From sequence record LR535910.1: DNA of 64,000 nt; one strand, written 5' to 3'. This document shows, piece after piece, positions 54,209-62,978 of the stretch. How positions within the stretch are numbered: position 1 is the first letter of the stretch; every line of letters starts with the position of its first letter. The position numbers and the translations under genes are program-made. Below the pieces are notes generated by a model that saw nothing but the letters and a program-made list of their open reading frames with translations, was not told where the DNA came from and ran no database searches.

Positions 54209-55471
54209 GTGACTACTGCTTATCAAGTGCGGGCCGACAGCGCTTTTGGCTTCTCTCGAGACACCCGAACTTGGGGAACCATCGATGTCACGCAGCCCTT
54301 AAATACCCTTTGTGCTAACTACCACTTTTTCGAAGTAGGACTAGAAGCACTAGGTGCTGAATACACCTTCTATAGCCAGTATCACCTGGCTGATTTACAA
54401 AACCGTACGGACACGTTGCAAGATTGGTTAAACACCAAGTCAGGAATCGCAATTCCAACGCTTGGGAAGGGCCTACCGAAGCTCGAATTCGTTGAGGCAC
54501 ACTACCAGTCTATTAATGCAGATGTGCCCGTAGAAACGCACCTGTGCCCTCCTGGGTACCACTACACTCAGGACTTCAATCCTGATGATGCACACGACGT
54601 TGTTGTAGTCTGCGACGATGAGTGGAAAGAGAAATACCGTACTGGGGTACTGTACAACATCAACGGTCAATGGGTACCGCACCAATCTGACCCAGTGGGT
54701 GTTCGCTTAACCGGCGCTGGTAACATCGTGCGGAGAGCCAACACACCCGACATCGGCTGTCTAGTGATGGCGAATATTGGTAAAGTGAAGACTTACCCCA
54801 TATCCGGTTTAACGATGAACAAACTCGATACTACGCGAGATTACTATTCTTCGTTAATGTTGACCTTACCCGATTCCATTACAGGGAAAACCGTTGGGTT
54901 CGTCATCGGGGGTATTCTGCATTGGTTGCCACCGCAGGGCTATTTCAGCGACCGTGCGATTATGCTGAGTCTGCCAAACCTTAGCGTGGCGAAGATTGTA
55001 TTGGAAACCCGTCGCTATTACGATTGGGACGCCATCGGTGTAGGTGATTTAAGTACGCCTACGTCCGTTCAACGTATTCGTAACTCAGAAACGTTAAAAG
55101 CGTTGCTGACGCACGAATCCTCGTTTATCTTTACGATAGACAACCCGTATCTCGAAAAAGAGATTCACGGAATAAGCCACAACGCTATCTGGGGCCGGTT
55201 CTATTTAAAAGACCCGACTGACCCAGATGGGAAGAAGACGCTAGGTCCTATCTTTAACCGTATTGGTAAATGTGTAGGGTACTGGCCGACCTGGGAAGAA
55301 GGGGAGTGGGTCTTCAATACCACATTCTTCGATCGGGAAAACTTTTTGTTGGGGAACGCGCGTTGGTATAACCAGAATTTGGTAAACGACGCGCAGGCAA
55401 TCGTCGGGCCTTTCGGGGCTTGGGGTAAGCCGTTTGTTGAAATGCATCGCTACAAAGCAAGAAAAAAATAA
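54209..55471 (+). CDS. Probable virion or baseplate structural protein, 420 aa
   Basis: GAGG RBS before GTG; divergent from the fibre operon; function inferred from position only. Confidence 0.5.
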   Translation: MTTAYQVRADSAFGFSRDTRTWGTIDVTQPLNTLCANYHFFEVGLEALGAEYTFYSQYHLADLQNRTDTLQDWLNTKSGIAIPTLGKGLPKLEFVEAHYQSINADVPVETHLCPPGYHYTQDFNPDDAHDVVVVCDDEWKEKYRTGVLYNINGQWVPHQSDPVGVRLTGAGNIVRRANTPDIGCLVMANIGKVKTYPISGLTMNKLDTTRDYYSSLMLTLPDSITGKTVGFVIGGILHWLPPQGYFSDRAIMLSLPNLSVAKIVLETRRYYDWDAIGVGDLSTPTSVQRIRNSETLKALLTHESSFIFTIDNPYLEKEIHGISHNAIWGRFYLKDPTDPDGKKTLGPIFNRIGKCVGYWPTWEEGEWVFNTTFFDRENFLLGNARWYNQNLVNDAQAIVGPFGAWGKPFVEMHRYKARKK

Positions 55472-55517
55472 AAGGTAAACCCTACTCCCATTGGGAGTAG
55501 GGTACCTATATCTTTTT
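55472..55517. terminator. Bidirectional terminator
   Basis: CCCTACTCCC-ATT-GGGAGTAGGG flanked by an A tract and a T tract, between convergent genes. Confidence 0.8.
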
Positions 55518-55531
55518 TGCCTGCAGGCCGA

Positions 55532-55741
55532 TTACGCGTTTACGTAATAGATGGCGTTGCCGAACATTTTGTTGTTGCCGCCACAAGCGGTAACTTTGAA
55601 TGCTACGCCGCCTTCAGCTTCAGCTTTTTTAGCCAGCGCTTCGGTAACTTCGGTAACGGTGCTCAGTCCAGAAACCTGAACAGTGCCTGCTTCTACCAGA
55701 CCAGAAACGTCGCTGCCTGCGGTGATTTCACGAATGCTCAT
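55532..55741 (-). CDS. DUF1471 (YdgH/BhsA/McbA-like) domain protein lacking a signal peptide
   Basis: GTVQVSG.ST...TEALAKKAEAEGGVAFKVTACGGNNKMFGNAIYY aligns by eye with McbA-type ...LAEKAAAAGASGYSITSATNNNKLSGTAVIY; GGAG RBS. Confidence 0.75.
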   Translation of the reverse strand: MSIREITAGSDVSGLVEAGTVQVSGLSTVTEVTEALAKKAEAEGGVAFKVTACGGNNKMFGNAIYYVNA

Positions 55742-55924
55742 TTACTTATCTCCATTAACAAATGATAGCAGAAGAACCCTATGTTCAACTACTTGTACTT
55801 CGAGGCATATTAACTGCCCCGACTCGTAAATTAGTTGACAATAAACCGGCTTTTGTGCGAAAAAAGTGGCTAACTGTGTACAAGCGATTCGGGTTATCGT
55901 TACAGTTAGGAGGTTTATTGTCAC
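55742..55924 (-). CDS. Possible small hypothetical protein, 60 aa
   Basis: Fills the gap between the spike and DUF1471 genes; its stop abuts the next ATG; weak RBS. Confidence 0.35.
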   Translation of the reverse strand: MTINLLTVTITRIACTQLATFFAQKPVYCQLIYESGQLICLEVQVVEHRVLLLSFVNGDK

Positions 55925-55949
55925 AATATACAGCTCACACGTAATTAAA

Positions 55950-56882
55950 TTAGTGCGGTGTGCTAGTGTCGTTGCCCGGACCATGGCCAGTATGCAAGTG
56001 AAGACTAAAGGTAATACCACCGATGATCGATTCACTAACCGTGAACGTACCCTTACCTTCACCCTTGCCCTTATAGAGGAAGTCCTTGCCTACTTCCAGG
56101 TTGCCGGTAAATAGATTCGTTGGACAATCGGTCTTCCAGTCTTCAGTCGTCCATGCCATGTTTTTCGACGCTGTAGAGTTGCGAGTTTCGCACTTCTCGT
56201 TAATCGTTTTTGTCTCGAGATTAATAGAACGTTTAGCATAAATGAAAGCGTCCTCTTTATTGATATTAACCTTCGATCGGCAGGCGTTTTCAAACCCTAA
56301 GTCATCCTCTGGGGAGTTAAGGTAGAACTTACGCCCTTCGTCATCTACTAACTGGAAAAACCCATCGCGCGTGTTCAATTGAAATAGATACGCGTTTTTC
56401 TCACCGTTAGTCATACTGGTGCGTAAAGTAACGTGACCATCCATCGGGGAGATATTCAGTACGTAGGCGTTAGAGAGGTCATCGGCCATCTGGTTTACTG
56501 GGTCAGCAGACCAGGCGTATACCCCATCTTCCAGTCGCTTAACGTTACTATTGTTTAAATCTTCCCAGAAGTACATATCGGTTTCACCGATACGCCAGAT
56601 TCTTACGTAGTCTTCTTTTTTCACATCCGGAGGGTTAACCCGGTTGCTGTTGGACTTCATCCATTTTGCAGTGATGGCATTACCTTGCTTTACAGTAAGG
56701 TTGTCAGTACCACTTAAACTGTTGTGTTGCTTCTCTACAGGTGTCTCTGTTGCATCGACAGCTGTAGGATTAATAAAGTTAACTTCGATAGGGATGACTT
56801 TAACTCGAGTGGCACCACGAGGTTTATCTTCCGCGACGATACCTATCGAGAAGATGTGCAACCCTGACTTAGATTTATTCAT
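55950..56882 (-). CDS. Baseplate central spike (gp5/gpV-like)
   Basis: OB-fold-like N-terminus (GIVAED...RVKV), beta-helix-like repeats, C-terminal SLHLHTG HxH metal-tip motif; GAGGAGG RBS. Confidence 0.75.
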   Translation of the reverse strand: MNKSKSGLHIFSIGIVAEDKPRGATRVKVIPIEVNFINPTAVDATETPVEKQHNSLSGTDNLTVKQGNAITAKWMKSNSNRVNPPDVKKEDYVRIWRIGETDMYFWEDLNNSNVKRLEDGVYAWSADPVNQMADDLSNAYVLNISPMDGHVTLRTSMTNGEKNAYLFQLNTRDGFFQLVDDEGRKFYLNSPEDDLGFENACRSKVNINKEDAFIYAKRSINLETKTINEKCETRNSTASKNMAWTTEDWKTDCPTNLFTGNLEVGKDFLYKGKGEGKGTFTVSESIIGGITFSLHLHTGHGPGNDTSTPH

Positions 56883-57069
56883 ACCACCCTCCTCTCATAC
56901 TACACTTTTTTACGTTTCGATCTCATCGTTTGACAATCGAGGAGAGTACGGGGGTAAGGGGGTTTATGTATTGGATGCGAACATAAACGGAGGTATCCGT
57001 AGGATACCGACATCCTTTTTTGTTTTTGTAGTTGACCTTGACTTTTAACCTAACGAGGAGTGCAGTACC

Positions 57070-57387
57070 ATGTCTTTATTTCAAACCATTAAAAGTGCAT
57101 TAGAGCGTAATGATGCAGACAGTGCCTTTACTGCGTTACAGAAAGCCAGTAACGGGAAGCTAGACAGCGTCTTTGCTAACAATCAAAGAATGCGCTTTTA
57201 CAAAGTCGGGGAAGTAGACCAATTCTACGACGAACTGTTTACGGGGGTAGTGCAAAGCGCGGTATACGCCATGCCGACTGAACAATTAAGTCAGTTTGAA
57301 AAAGGGATGCGTTACCAGCGGTTAAGTAACGACTACGCATTACTGAATCTGGCTATCGATGACTGCGTCGTGCTGGTCGTATACTAA
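57070..57387 (+). CDS. Hypothetical protein, 105 aa
   Basis: GAGGAG RBS. Confidence 0.75.
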   Translation: MSLFQTIKSALERNDADSAFTALQKASNGKLDSVFANNQRMRFYKVGEVDQFYDELFTGVVQSAVYAMPTEQLSQFEKGMRYQRLSNDYALLNLAIDDCVVLVVY

Positions 57388-57390
57388 GTT

Positions 57391-57416
57391 TTTACAGATA
57401 GATGTCATCTTAGTGA
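57391..57416 (+). promoter_or_regulatory. Putative early phage promoter motif (copy 3 of 5)
   Basis: TTTACAGATAGATGTCATCTTAGTGA, intergenic. Confidence 0.55.
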
Positions 57417-57507
57417 GCATTGTGTATAAACCCACAGTCGCTTAAACACCAACTGTTCTTTAGTAACAGTTTTTGGTCACTTTAGTGTACTTTAAAGGAA
57501 ATACCAA

Positions 57508-58746
57508 ATGTATAACGAATACGAATTAGTTTACCAGACACCGAAAGAAGCATTCTTTAATGCAGTAATTACTAACTCAATTGTACTGTTGGGAATGCAG
57601 TTCAGTATTCGGAGTATGGCTTACAGCGACGTAACGTGGCAGGATTGTGCGTACCTGCCACAAAAGCTCTCAACCGTTGTCGAAAAGCGGCTGCTTGACA
57701 AAGGGGAAGTAAAGTGCCGTTTAGGCCACCACGTCTCTGACTTAGCGCCGTGGGTTGAGTTAACCATGACATTCGAAGGGGATTCGCGGGTAGCTTACCT
57801 ATCGGGTAATCAAAACATCGGACGCGCCATTGCTGAGGGTAACACAATGTGGGTGCACTACATTCTTACTCTGCTGACCGGTAAACCGGTGTTCGAGTTA
57901 ACACCTGACATGCCGGCACTAAGCGATAGCAACTGGTGGACTGGCGGAGAGCTGAATACAGGGTTTAATGAGAAATTACAAAACTTTAATTCAGAGCGAC
58001 TCGATGTTGATGCGGAAGTGTTGGTGCAGCAGTTCCCCGAATTCACTGCGTACCAAATTACTACCGTATGGAATAGAGCGGTAAGCAAGCGCAGATTCTA
58101 CACGAAAAACGCACCGCGTGAAGCAGCCAAACCTGTGGAAATTGACGAAGACACCAAAGAAGCACTGCGTGATCTAGTCACCATAGCCAATGATGGCAAT
58201 ACGATGTTCTGGACATCTGATGAAAACGCTAACCATTATTTCGGTGAGATGTTAGACGCCGATGTTTGGTCAGTAATGCCGATAACAGAGCCAGGAAACC
58301 TTAAAGATTACTATAAGGTCGAAAAAGGCGATGTGGTTAATGAGAAGGTCGTCACCCTTCTTAACGTTTTCCGCGAAGTTATCCAATCGGAAATACTGTT
58401 AAGCATCTATAAGCGTAAGACCCCGGCCAGTGAAAATGACACGGCCTGGGTGTTTGACTGTCGACCGACAAATACAATATCGCCTGCGTTCTGGATACAG
58501 GTGTCAGGAACGCTGCAGCGTGTGAACAGTTCCGTTGTTTCTCGCCTGCCAGATTCTGAAATGCGCTCCGTTGCCGAACCTGCTTATTTGATGTCGGCGA
58601 AGGCGGTACGGGATGCGTGGGGTACCAGCGAACTGAAACAGTGGCATTACGACGCTATCATCAAATGGGGTGTTAACAATGGCTGGAAAGAAGTGACTAA
58701 GTACGGCCGTCAACTGTTGTTTGTCGCAGATTTGCGTTTACTGTAA
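57508..58746 (+). CDS. Hypothetical protein, 412 aa
   Basis: AAGGA RBS; long ORF downstream of the promoter motif. Confidence 0.8.
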   Translation: MYNEYELVYQTPKEAFFNAVITNSIVLLGMQFSIRSMAYSDVTWQDCAYLPQKLSTVVEKRLLDKGEVKCRLGHHVSDLAPWVELTMTFEGDSRVAYLSGNQNIGRAIAEGNTMWVHYILTLLTGKPVFELTPDMPALSDSNWWTGGELNTGFNEKLQNFNSERLDVDAEVLVQQFPEFTAYQITTVWNRAVSKRRFYTKNAPREAAKPVEIDEDTKEALRDLVTIANDGNTMFWTSDENANHYFGEMLDADVWSVMPITEPGNLKDYYKVEKGDVVNEKVVTLLNVFREVIQSEILLSIYKRKTPASENDTAWVFDCRPTNTISPAFWIQVSGTLQRVNSSVVSRLPDSEMRSVAEPAYLMSAKAVRDAWGTSELKQWHYDAIIKWGVNNGWKEVTKYGRQLLFVADLRLL

Positions 58747-58806
58747 TCTCGTCATCGGGGGTCTTGTACCCCCTTCTTATTTTTTAACCGTAAAGAGTAT
58801 TTAACC

Positions 58807-59388
58807 ATGCCACAACCAATTATTGAACAACATGAAATGAACTACGAAGAACTGACCCGCCGCTATCGCGTGAAAGCCCCACGGGTAGTAGAAGGTTGCG
58901 AGAAATACAAAGAAGCAGACTTCGTGGTATTCCAACGCGAAGGTGTTCCGATGATGGTGTTCGTAAAACACGTCACCACCGATAACGACGCCCGTCTAGT
59001 GATGTTGTATAACGTGATGGCTACCGTACTAGATACCGATATTGGACTGTTACGTCGTTATAAATCATCCTACGAACAGAAAGCGAAGGTGGTTGCTTTT
59101 GACTTACCACGCACGGTACTAGTAGATGGTTCCCGCCCGGCTATTCTTCGTTTTACGAAAAGCGAAGACGACAGTAACCCAGCGCATATTGTTCAGCCAC
59201 TAACGCTGTCGCAAGATACGTTACAGCAGAACGGCGGGATGGATTGGCTAAACGTCATGTTACCGGGCCTAGCCGAAGGTCAGGAATTGCATCTGGTTTG
59301 CTACACCCCATCCGTTGAGCACACCTATGCGCGTTACCTTACCGAAGAACACGGTTTCCGTAACCACCGCGGTATTTACATTGCGTAA
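58807..59388 (+). CDS. Hypothetical protein, 193 aa
   Basis: ORF after a weak GGGGG/CCCCC hairpin; co-directional run. Confidence 0.75.
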   Translation: MPQPIIEQHEMNYEELTRRYRVKAPRVVEGCEKYKEADFVVFQREGVPMMVFVKHVTTDNDARLVMLYNVMATVLDTDIGLLRRYKSSYEQKAKVVAFDLPRTVLVDGSRPAILRFTKSEDDSNPAHIVQPLTLSQDTLQQNGGMDWLNVMLPGLAEGQELHLVCYTPSVEHTYARYLTEEHGFRNHRGIYIA

Positions 59389-59397
59389 GGTGAATGT

Positions 59398-59961
59398 ATG
59401 TTCCGTTTACTAGAAATTCGAAACGATATCTGGCAAGAGCACATCCGCAACGATCCGGAGTGGGAAGGAGTTGAAAGTGATTTACCGGATAACCCCGACC
59501 AGCTGCTGGTGTTCCTTTATAGCGATAAAGCCAAACAGATCAAGGGGATATTTGAACGCAAAACGACAAGCTTGTCGACCTTACTGAGCTGCATTTGCTG
59601 TGGCGTCAGTGAGCTTGATCCCAATCTATTCGCCAACTATCTTGCGCGTAAAGTCCGTACACCGCTACTGGAGGTTACACTCCCGCCAGATATTCGTATC
59701 AGTAAAACCGTACCGACCGTTTTGCGTTTACAGGATGTGTCTGGTAGTAGCGACGACGGGGAAACAACGATTACTCTTTCCTCGTCAGAGAGTGAACTCG
59801 CAACCGAATCGTTTCTTAGCGAAGTCGAGGCCGGATTAAAGCAGGACGTAATCGTTTATAATCTCGGCGGTGTGCCTATTGAGCCCATTTTACACTTCTT
59901 TGAAAGCCAAACCTGCCATCTTGTAGAAAGCTTAACATACCACTTTAAAGGAGCTTTATGA
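59398..59961 (+). CDS. Hypothetical protein, 187 aa
   Basis: AAGGTG RBS; overlaps the next start. Confidence 0.75.
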   Translation: MFRLLEIRNDIWQEHIRNDPEWEGVESDLPDNPDQLLVFLYSDKAKQIKGIFERKTTSLSTLLSCICCGVSELDPNLFANYLARKVRTPLLEVTLPPDIRISKTVPTVLRLQDVSGSSDDGETTITLSSSESELATESFLSEVEAGLKQDVIVYNLGGVPIEPILHFFESQTCHLVESLTYHFKGAL

Positions 59962-60488
59962 TGAAACTCGAAGGCTACGTTGTTACTGATAAACCTTTTG
60001 CTGAAGCCAACCTGTCGCGTTCACAGGTTGTTTATAAAGACATCGATGTGCCTGCCGAAATCGTTAAAGCGAATCCCAGCTGGCTAATCAACCACGTTTC
60101 TTTGGAAATCACCAATCCGTTTATCAACGATCCAACCGACCCATTTGTCGACATGGGTAATTTCCGCGATATTCTTTCCCCGCATCAATACCAGACAGTG
60201 GCACAGAAGAAAGGGAGGCTGCTCACTGAAACGAATGAGTGGGAGCGTATCCAAGAGCGTCATCCTGAAAAGGGTTTAATGGAAATTTATCACCAACACC
60301 CTAAAGAGTTTGACAAATTACCTCTGTGGGCATCGGTGGCGTATAACTGCAGTGGGATATATGACCATCTGTTGCTGAGCGGATACGATGGCGCAATACA
60401 CGCAGCCGAAGGCCCGCACACGCCGGTAACTGTTTATCACACATTTCACCCAGCGCGCATCACTTTCATCGAAACGTTGAGTGTGTAG
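59958..60488 (+). CDS. Possible ADP-ribosyltransferase-like (ART-PolyVal-type) protein
   Basis: VSLEITNPF, LLLSGYDGAI and TFHPARI follow the order V.L...NP, L..GYDG.I, F.P..I seen in that family; N-terminal YHG motif degenerate. Confidence 0.4.
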   Translation: MMKLEGYVVTDKPFAEANLSRSQVVYKDIDVPAEIVKANPSWLINHVSLEITNPFINDPTDPFVDMGNFRDILSPHQYQTVAQKKGRLLTETNEWERIQERHPEKGLMEIYHQHPKEFDKLPLWASVAYNCSGIYDHLLLSGYDGAIHAAEGPHTPVTVYHTFHPARITFIETLSV

Positions 60489-60493
60489 TTTAT

Positions 60494-60534
60494 CTCCAGT
60501 AACCACGAGGGTTACTGGAGTCCTCTTATTTTTT
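60494..60534 (+). terminator. Rho-independent terminator
   Basis: CTCCAGTAACC-ACGAG-GGTTACTGGAG followed by TCCTCTTATTTTTT. Confidence 0.8.
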
Positions 60535-60567
60535 ACACTTAACTCAAATTAATTTGAGGTGTGGTAT

Positions 60568-61155
60568 ATGACAGAACGTATTTTACGACTGCAAGAGAAC
60601 AGGTTAGAAGACCTGCACGTAATGCGTAGTCGTGGCTTGTTCCCAGTGGGGCTTGACGTAAGTGGGTTAATAACTTCTGCGCAGCACGGGGACAAGGTCA
60701 TTACAATGCATTCACGTGGGAACGAAGTGGTCTCTGCGATTTTCATCGATAAGGTTATTCCGGACTCGGAAAGTGGTAAGGCGGCGGGACACATCATTTA
60801 CGAATACTTTCGCAGCATTCTATACGAGGAAAAGATAAACGTCAAAACTTTTATGGAATACGCTAAGCGAAATAACTACATCGATGCGCGGCTGATGGTC
60901 ACGGAAGGCACTCCAACTATAAACGGTAAAGTCCACCATCGCTTACTTGGAGCACAGTTGCCGAGACTAGGCGAGATACCAACGACGATAGAGCTGCACC
61001 AAAAAACAGATTGGCGACACAAAATCGAAGTGCTTCACAAGCTTTACGATTTATCGATCGTTCAAATCAAACTGGTGGACTTTACGCCTGCAAATATGCA
61101 AATCGCTAAGCGCGCGTTGGGTTTTCGTATTCTTAACACAACCTTCACATTGTAA
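60568..61155 (+). CDS. Hypothetical protein, 195 aa
   Basis: GAGGT RBS before ATG 60568. Confidence 0.7.
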   Translation: MTERILRLQENRLEDLHVMRSRGLFPVGLDVSGLITSAQHGDKVITMHSRGNEVVSAIFIDKVIPDSESGKAAGHIIYEYFRSILYEEKINVKTFMEYAKRNNYIDARLMVTEGTPTINGKVHHRLLGAQLPRLGEIPTTIELHQKTDWRHKIEVLHKLYDLSIVQIKLVDFTPANMQIAKRALGFRILNTTFTL

Positions 61156-61159
61156 AATA

Positions 61160-61202
61160 TCTCAGATATATATTACCTAGGTGAGAGTTAAGAGATTAAC
61201 TC
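61160..61202 (+). promoter_or_regulatory. Putative early phage promoter (TATATTAC core) with downstream GAGTTAA hairpin
   Basis: TCTCAGATATATATTACCTAGGTGA then GAGTTAA-GAGA-TTAACTC; near-identical to 9459. Confidence 0.7.
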
Positions 61203-61206
61203 AACT

Positions 61207-61235
61207 GGCTACCCTCGGGTAGCCTATTCTTTTTT
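61207..61235 (+). terminator. Terminator-like hairpin directly downstream of the promoter motif
   Basis: GGCTACC-CTCG-GGTAGCC followed by TATTCTTTTTT. Confidence 0.7.
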
Positions 61236-61260
61236 AAACCAATCGACTATAGAGTAAAAC

Positions 61261-61662
61261 ATGACTATCAAGAAGTTCTTACAAGCAGTAGTAGTTCTGG
61301 CCGCATGTGGTATTGCAGCAACTTATGCTTTCGATAAGCCAGACGTGACTGAATACACATCAGCTGATTCGGATTATGGCATTGCGCCGAATGAAAAACC
61401 CGAACTGATGCGTGAGGTCGAACAGTTACAAATCTACAGACTGACGGACGGTAAGAACTGCACAGGGCTGGTTATCGCTGATAAGAAATTGAAAATGTAT
61501 CAGCGGTTAATCGACATATCGTGCAATCAACCAAAAGTCACCTCGGTCAGTGTATCGCCACTGGAATTACCGAATTTGGTTGCTGTGAGCTTTTATCACA
61601 ACGATGTGCTCGTCGGTCGCATCACCCTCAATCGTGGAGATATCAAAAATGAAATGCAATAA
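61261..61662 (+). CDS. Exported small protein 1 (signal peptide, 2 mature Cys)
   Basis: MTIKKFLQAVVVLAACGIAATYA signal-like N-terminus. Confidence 0.7.
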   Translation: MTIKKFLQAVVVLAACGIAATYAFDKPDVTEYTSADSDYGIAPNEKPELMREVEQLQIYRLTDGKNCTGLVIADKKLKMYQRLIDISCNQPKVTSVSVSPLELPNLVAVSFYHNDVLVGRITLNRGDIKNEMQ

Positions 61663-62140
61663 CGTTAATCGCCACTTGGCCAAAGTGGTGCTTTTTACTG
61701 TGCTGTTGATGGCAGTTGTTGTTGGGCTACGGATTTCTAAGGCACGCGCTGACGAATTCAGCGGGTTCCAGGGCAGTATTAACGGCAGCATTCCAGCATA
61801 TACCCGCACCATCAATCTTAATGATAAGCCGTTCTGGTGCAATGCGCGTAAGCTGCTTAAGAAACAGTGTCGTGTAGTTGACATATCCTTCAACGGTCGT
61901 GTCGCTATCGTACACCGTCCTGGCGATAAAGATTGCCCAGGTGGTTGGTGGGGTGCAGTCGACCGTCACAATGGTGACGCGTTATGGCTTATCCCTAATC
62001 GTGATGAACTATCAGTGGAGAAAATTTGCAGCAAAGATTTCAGGGCCGGTTTTGTACAGCGACCGGATACCAAAACTCTGGCCTCCATCGCTATGTACTA
62101 CGGTATGGAAACCATCAAAACAATCGACTATTCAGAATAA
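61649..62140 (+). CDS. Exported small protein 2 (start reassigned)
   Basis: GGAG RBS; hydrophobic N-terminus ending ARA; PFWC...QCRVV...DCPGG. Confidence 0.7.
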   Translation: MKCNNVNRHLAKVVLFTVLLMAVVVGLRISKARADEFSGFQGSINGSIPAYTRTINLNDKPFWCNARKLLKKQCRVVDISFNGRVAIVHRPGDKDCPGGWWGAVDRHNGDALWLIPNRDELSVEKICSKDFRAGFVQRPDTKTLASIAMYYGMETIKTIDYSE

Positions 62141-62162
62141 CTCAAAAAATTGAGGTACTATT

Positions 62163-62573
62163 ATGAAACATTTTTTATTACCAGTTTTACTTGCTACTCT
62201 GGCCATTAGCTTCTTCGCTCGCGCTGGAAGTATCGAGTTACCAAAAGTTGTTAACGATCACGAATACGGCGGGCCGTTCTGGTGCCAGAACTCTGACGTA
62301 CAAGGCGGTAGCTGTCAGATCGTTGCGATGTCCGATAACAACCGTTACCTGTTAGTGAAAACGATGGGCGGTGTCGCATGTGGCGACCCTGAATACGGGG
62401 TTATTAACATGGCAACAGGTCAGGCCGAATCCATGAACTACAATGATAACCAAGCCTGTAGCGGTGAAGCCGTTGCTGAGTTTACTCGCGACCCAGGTGA
62501 TAATGCCCTGACGGTTATCATGTACGACCCTACGATTAAGAAAAACGTGGGCATCAATAAACTCGACTTTTAA
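62163..62573 (+). CDS. Exported small protein 3
   Basis: MKHFLLPVLLATLAISFFARA signal peptide; PFWC...SCQIV...ACGD...ACS. Confidence 0.75.
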   Translation: MKHFLLPVLLATLAISFFARAGSIELPKVVNDHEYGGPFWCQNSDVQGGSCQIVAMSDNNRYLLVKTMGGVACGDPEYGVINMATGQAESMNYNDNQACSGEAVAEFTRDPGDNALTVIMYDPTIKKNVGINKLDF

Positions 62574-62586
62574 GTAAGGAAACAAC

Positions 62587-62970
62587 ATGCGTGGACTTAT
62601 GGGTATTATCGCGGCGGTGTTCTTGACCGCTTCTGCTTCAGCTACAACCAGCGTAGAAGATTTACTGCCAGGCACACTGTATCAGTACAACCCGCCCTCA
62701 TTCGAAGTCTGTACTGGCGACGATGGCAGATGTGAAGAAGTCAGCCGTCACGACGAGTATATCCTGGTCCACGCAAAGGGCGAGGAAACTTGTCCGGCTG
62801 GTTACTACTTCTTGTTGAACTCAAAGGCACAAGAGATTGTGCCAGTAGAGACAATAACGTGCGACCCGACGCTTCGCGCGTCGCTCGCTTACAATACGAA
62901 AACCAAACAACGCCTCCTGGTTATTGAACAGCAAGGGGTGGTGCGTGGTTCAGTAGCGCTCGACCAGTAA
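62587..62970 (+). CDS. Exported small protein 4
   Basis: MRGLMGIIAAVFLTASASA signal peptide; FEVC...RCEEV...TCPAG...TCDP. Confidence 0.75.
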   Translation: MRGLMGIIAAVFLTASASATTSVEDLLPGTLYQYNPPSFEVCTGDDGRCEEVSRHDEYILVHAKGEETCPAGYYFLLNSKAQEIVPVETITCDPTLRASLAYNTKTKQRLLVIEQQGVVRGSVALDQ

Positions 62971-62978
62971 CCGAAAAG

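Noticed and set aside
55762-55944. 60-aa plus-strand ORF between DUF1471 and the spike gene
   Set aside because: No RBS and opposite to both neighbours; the minus-strand frame ending at 55742 fits the operon better, though both are weak.
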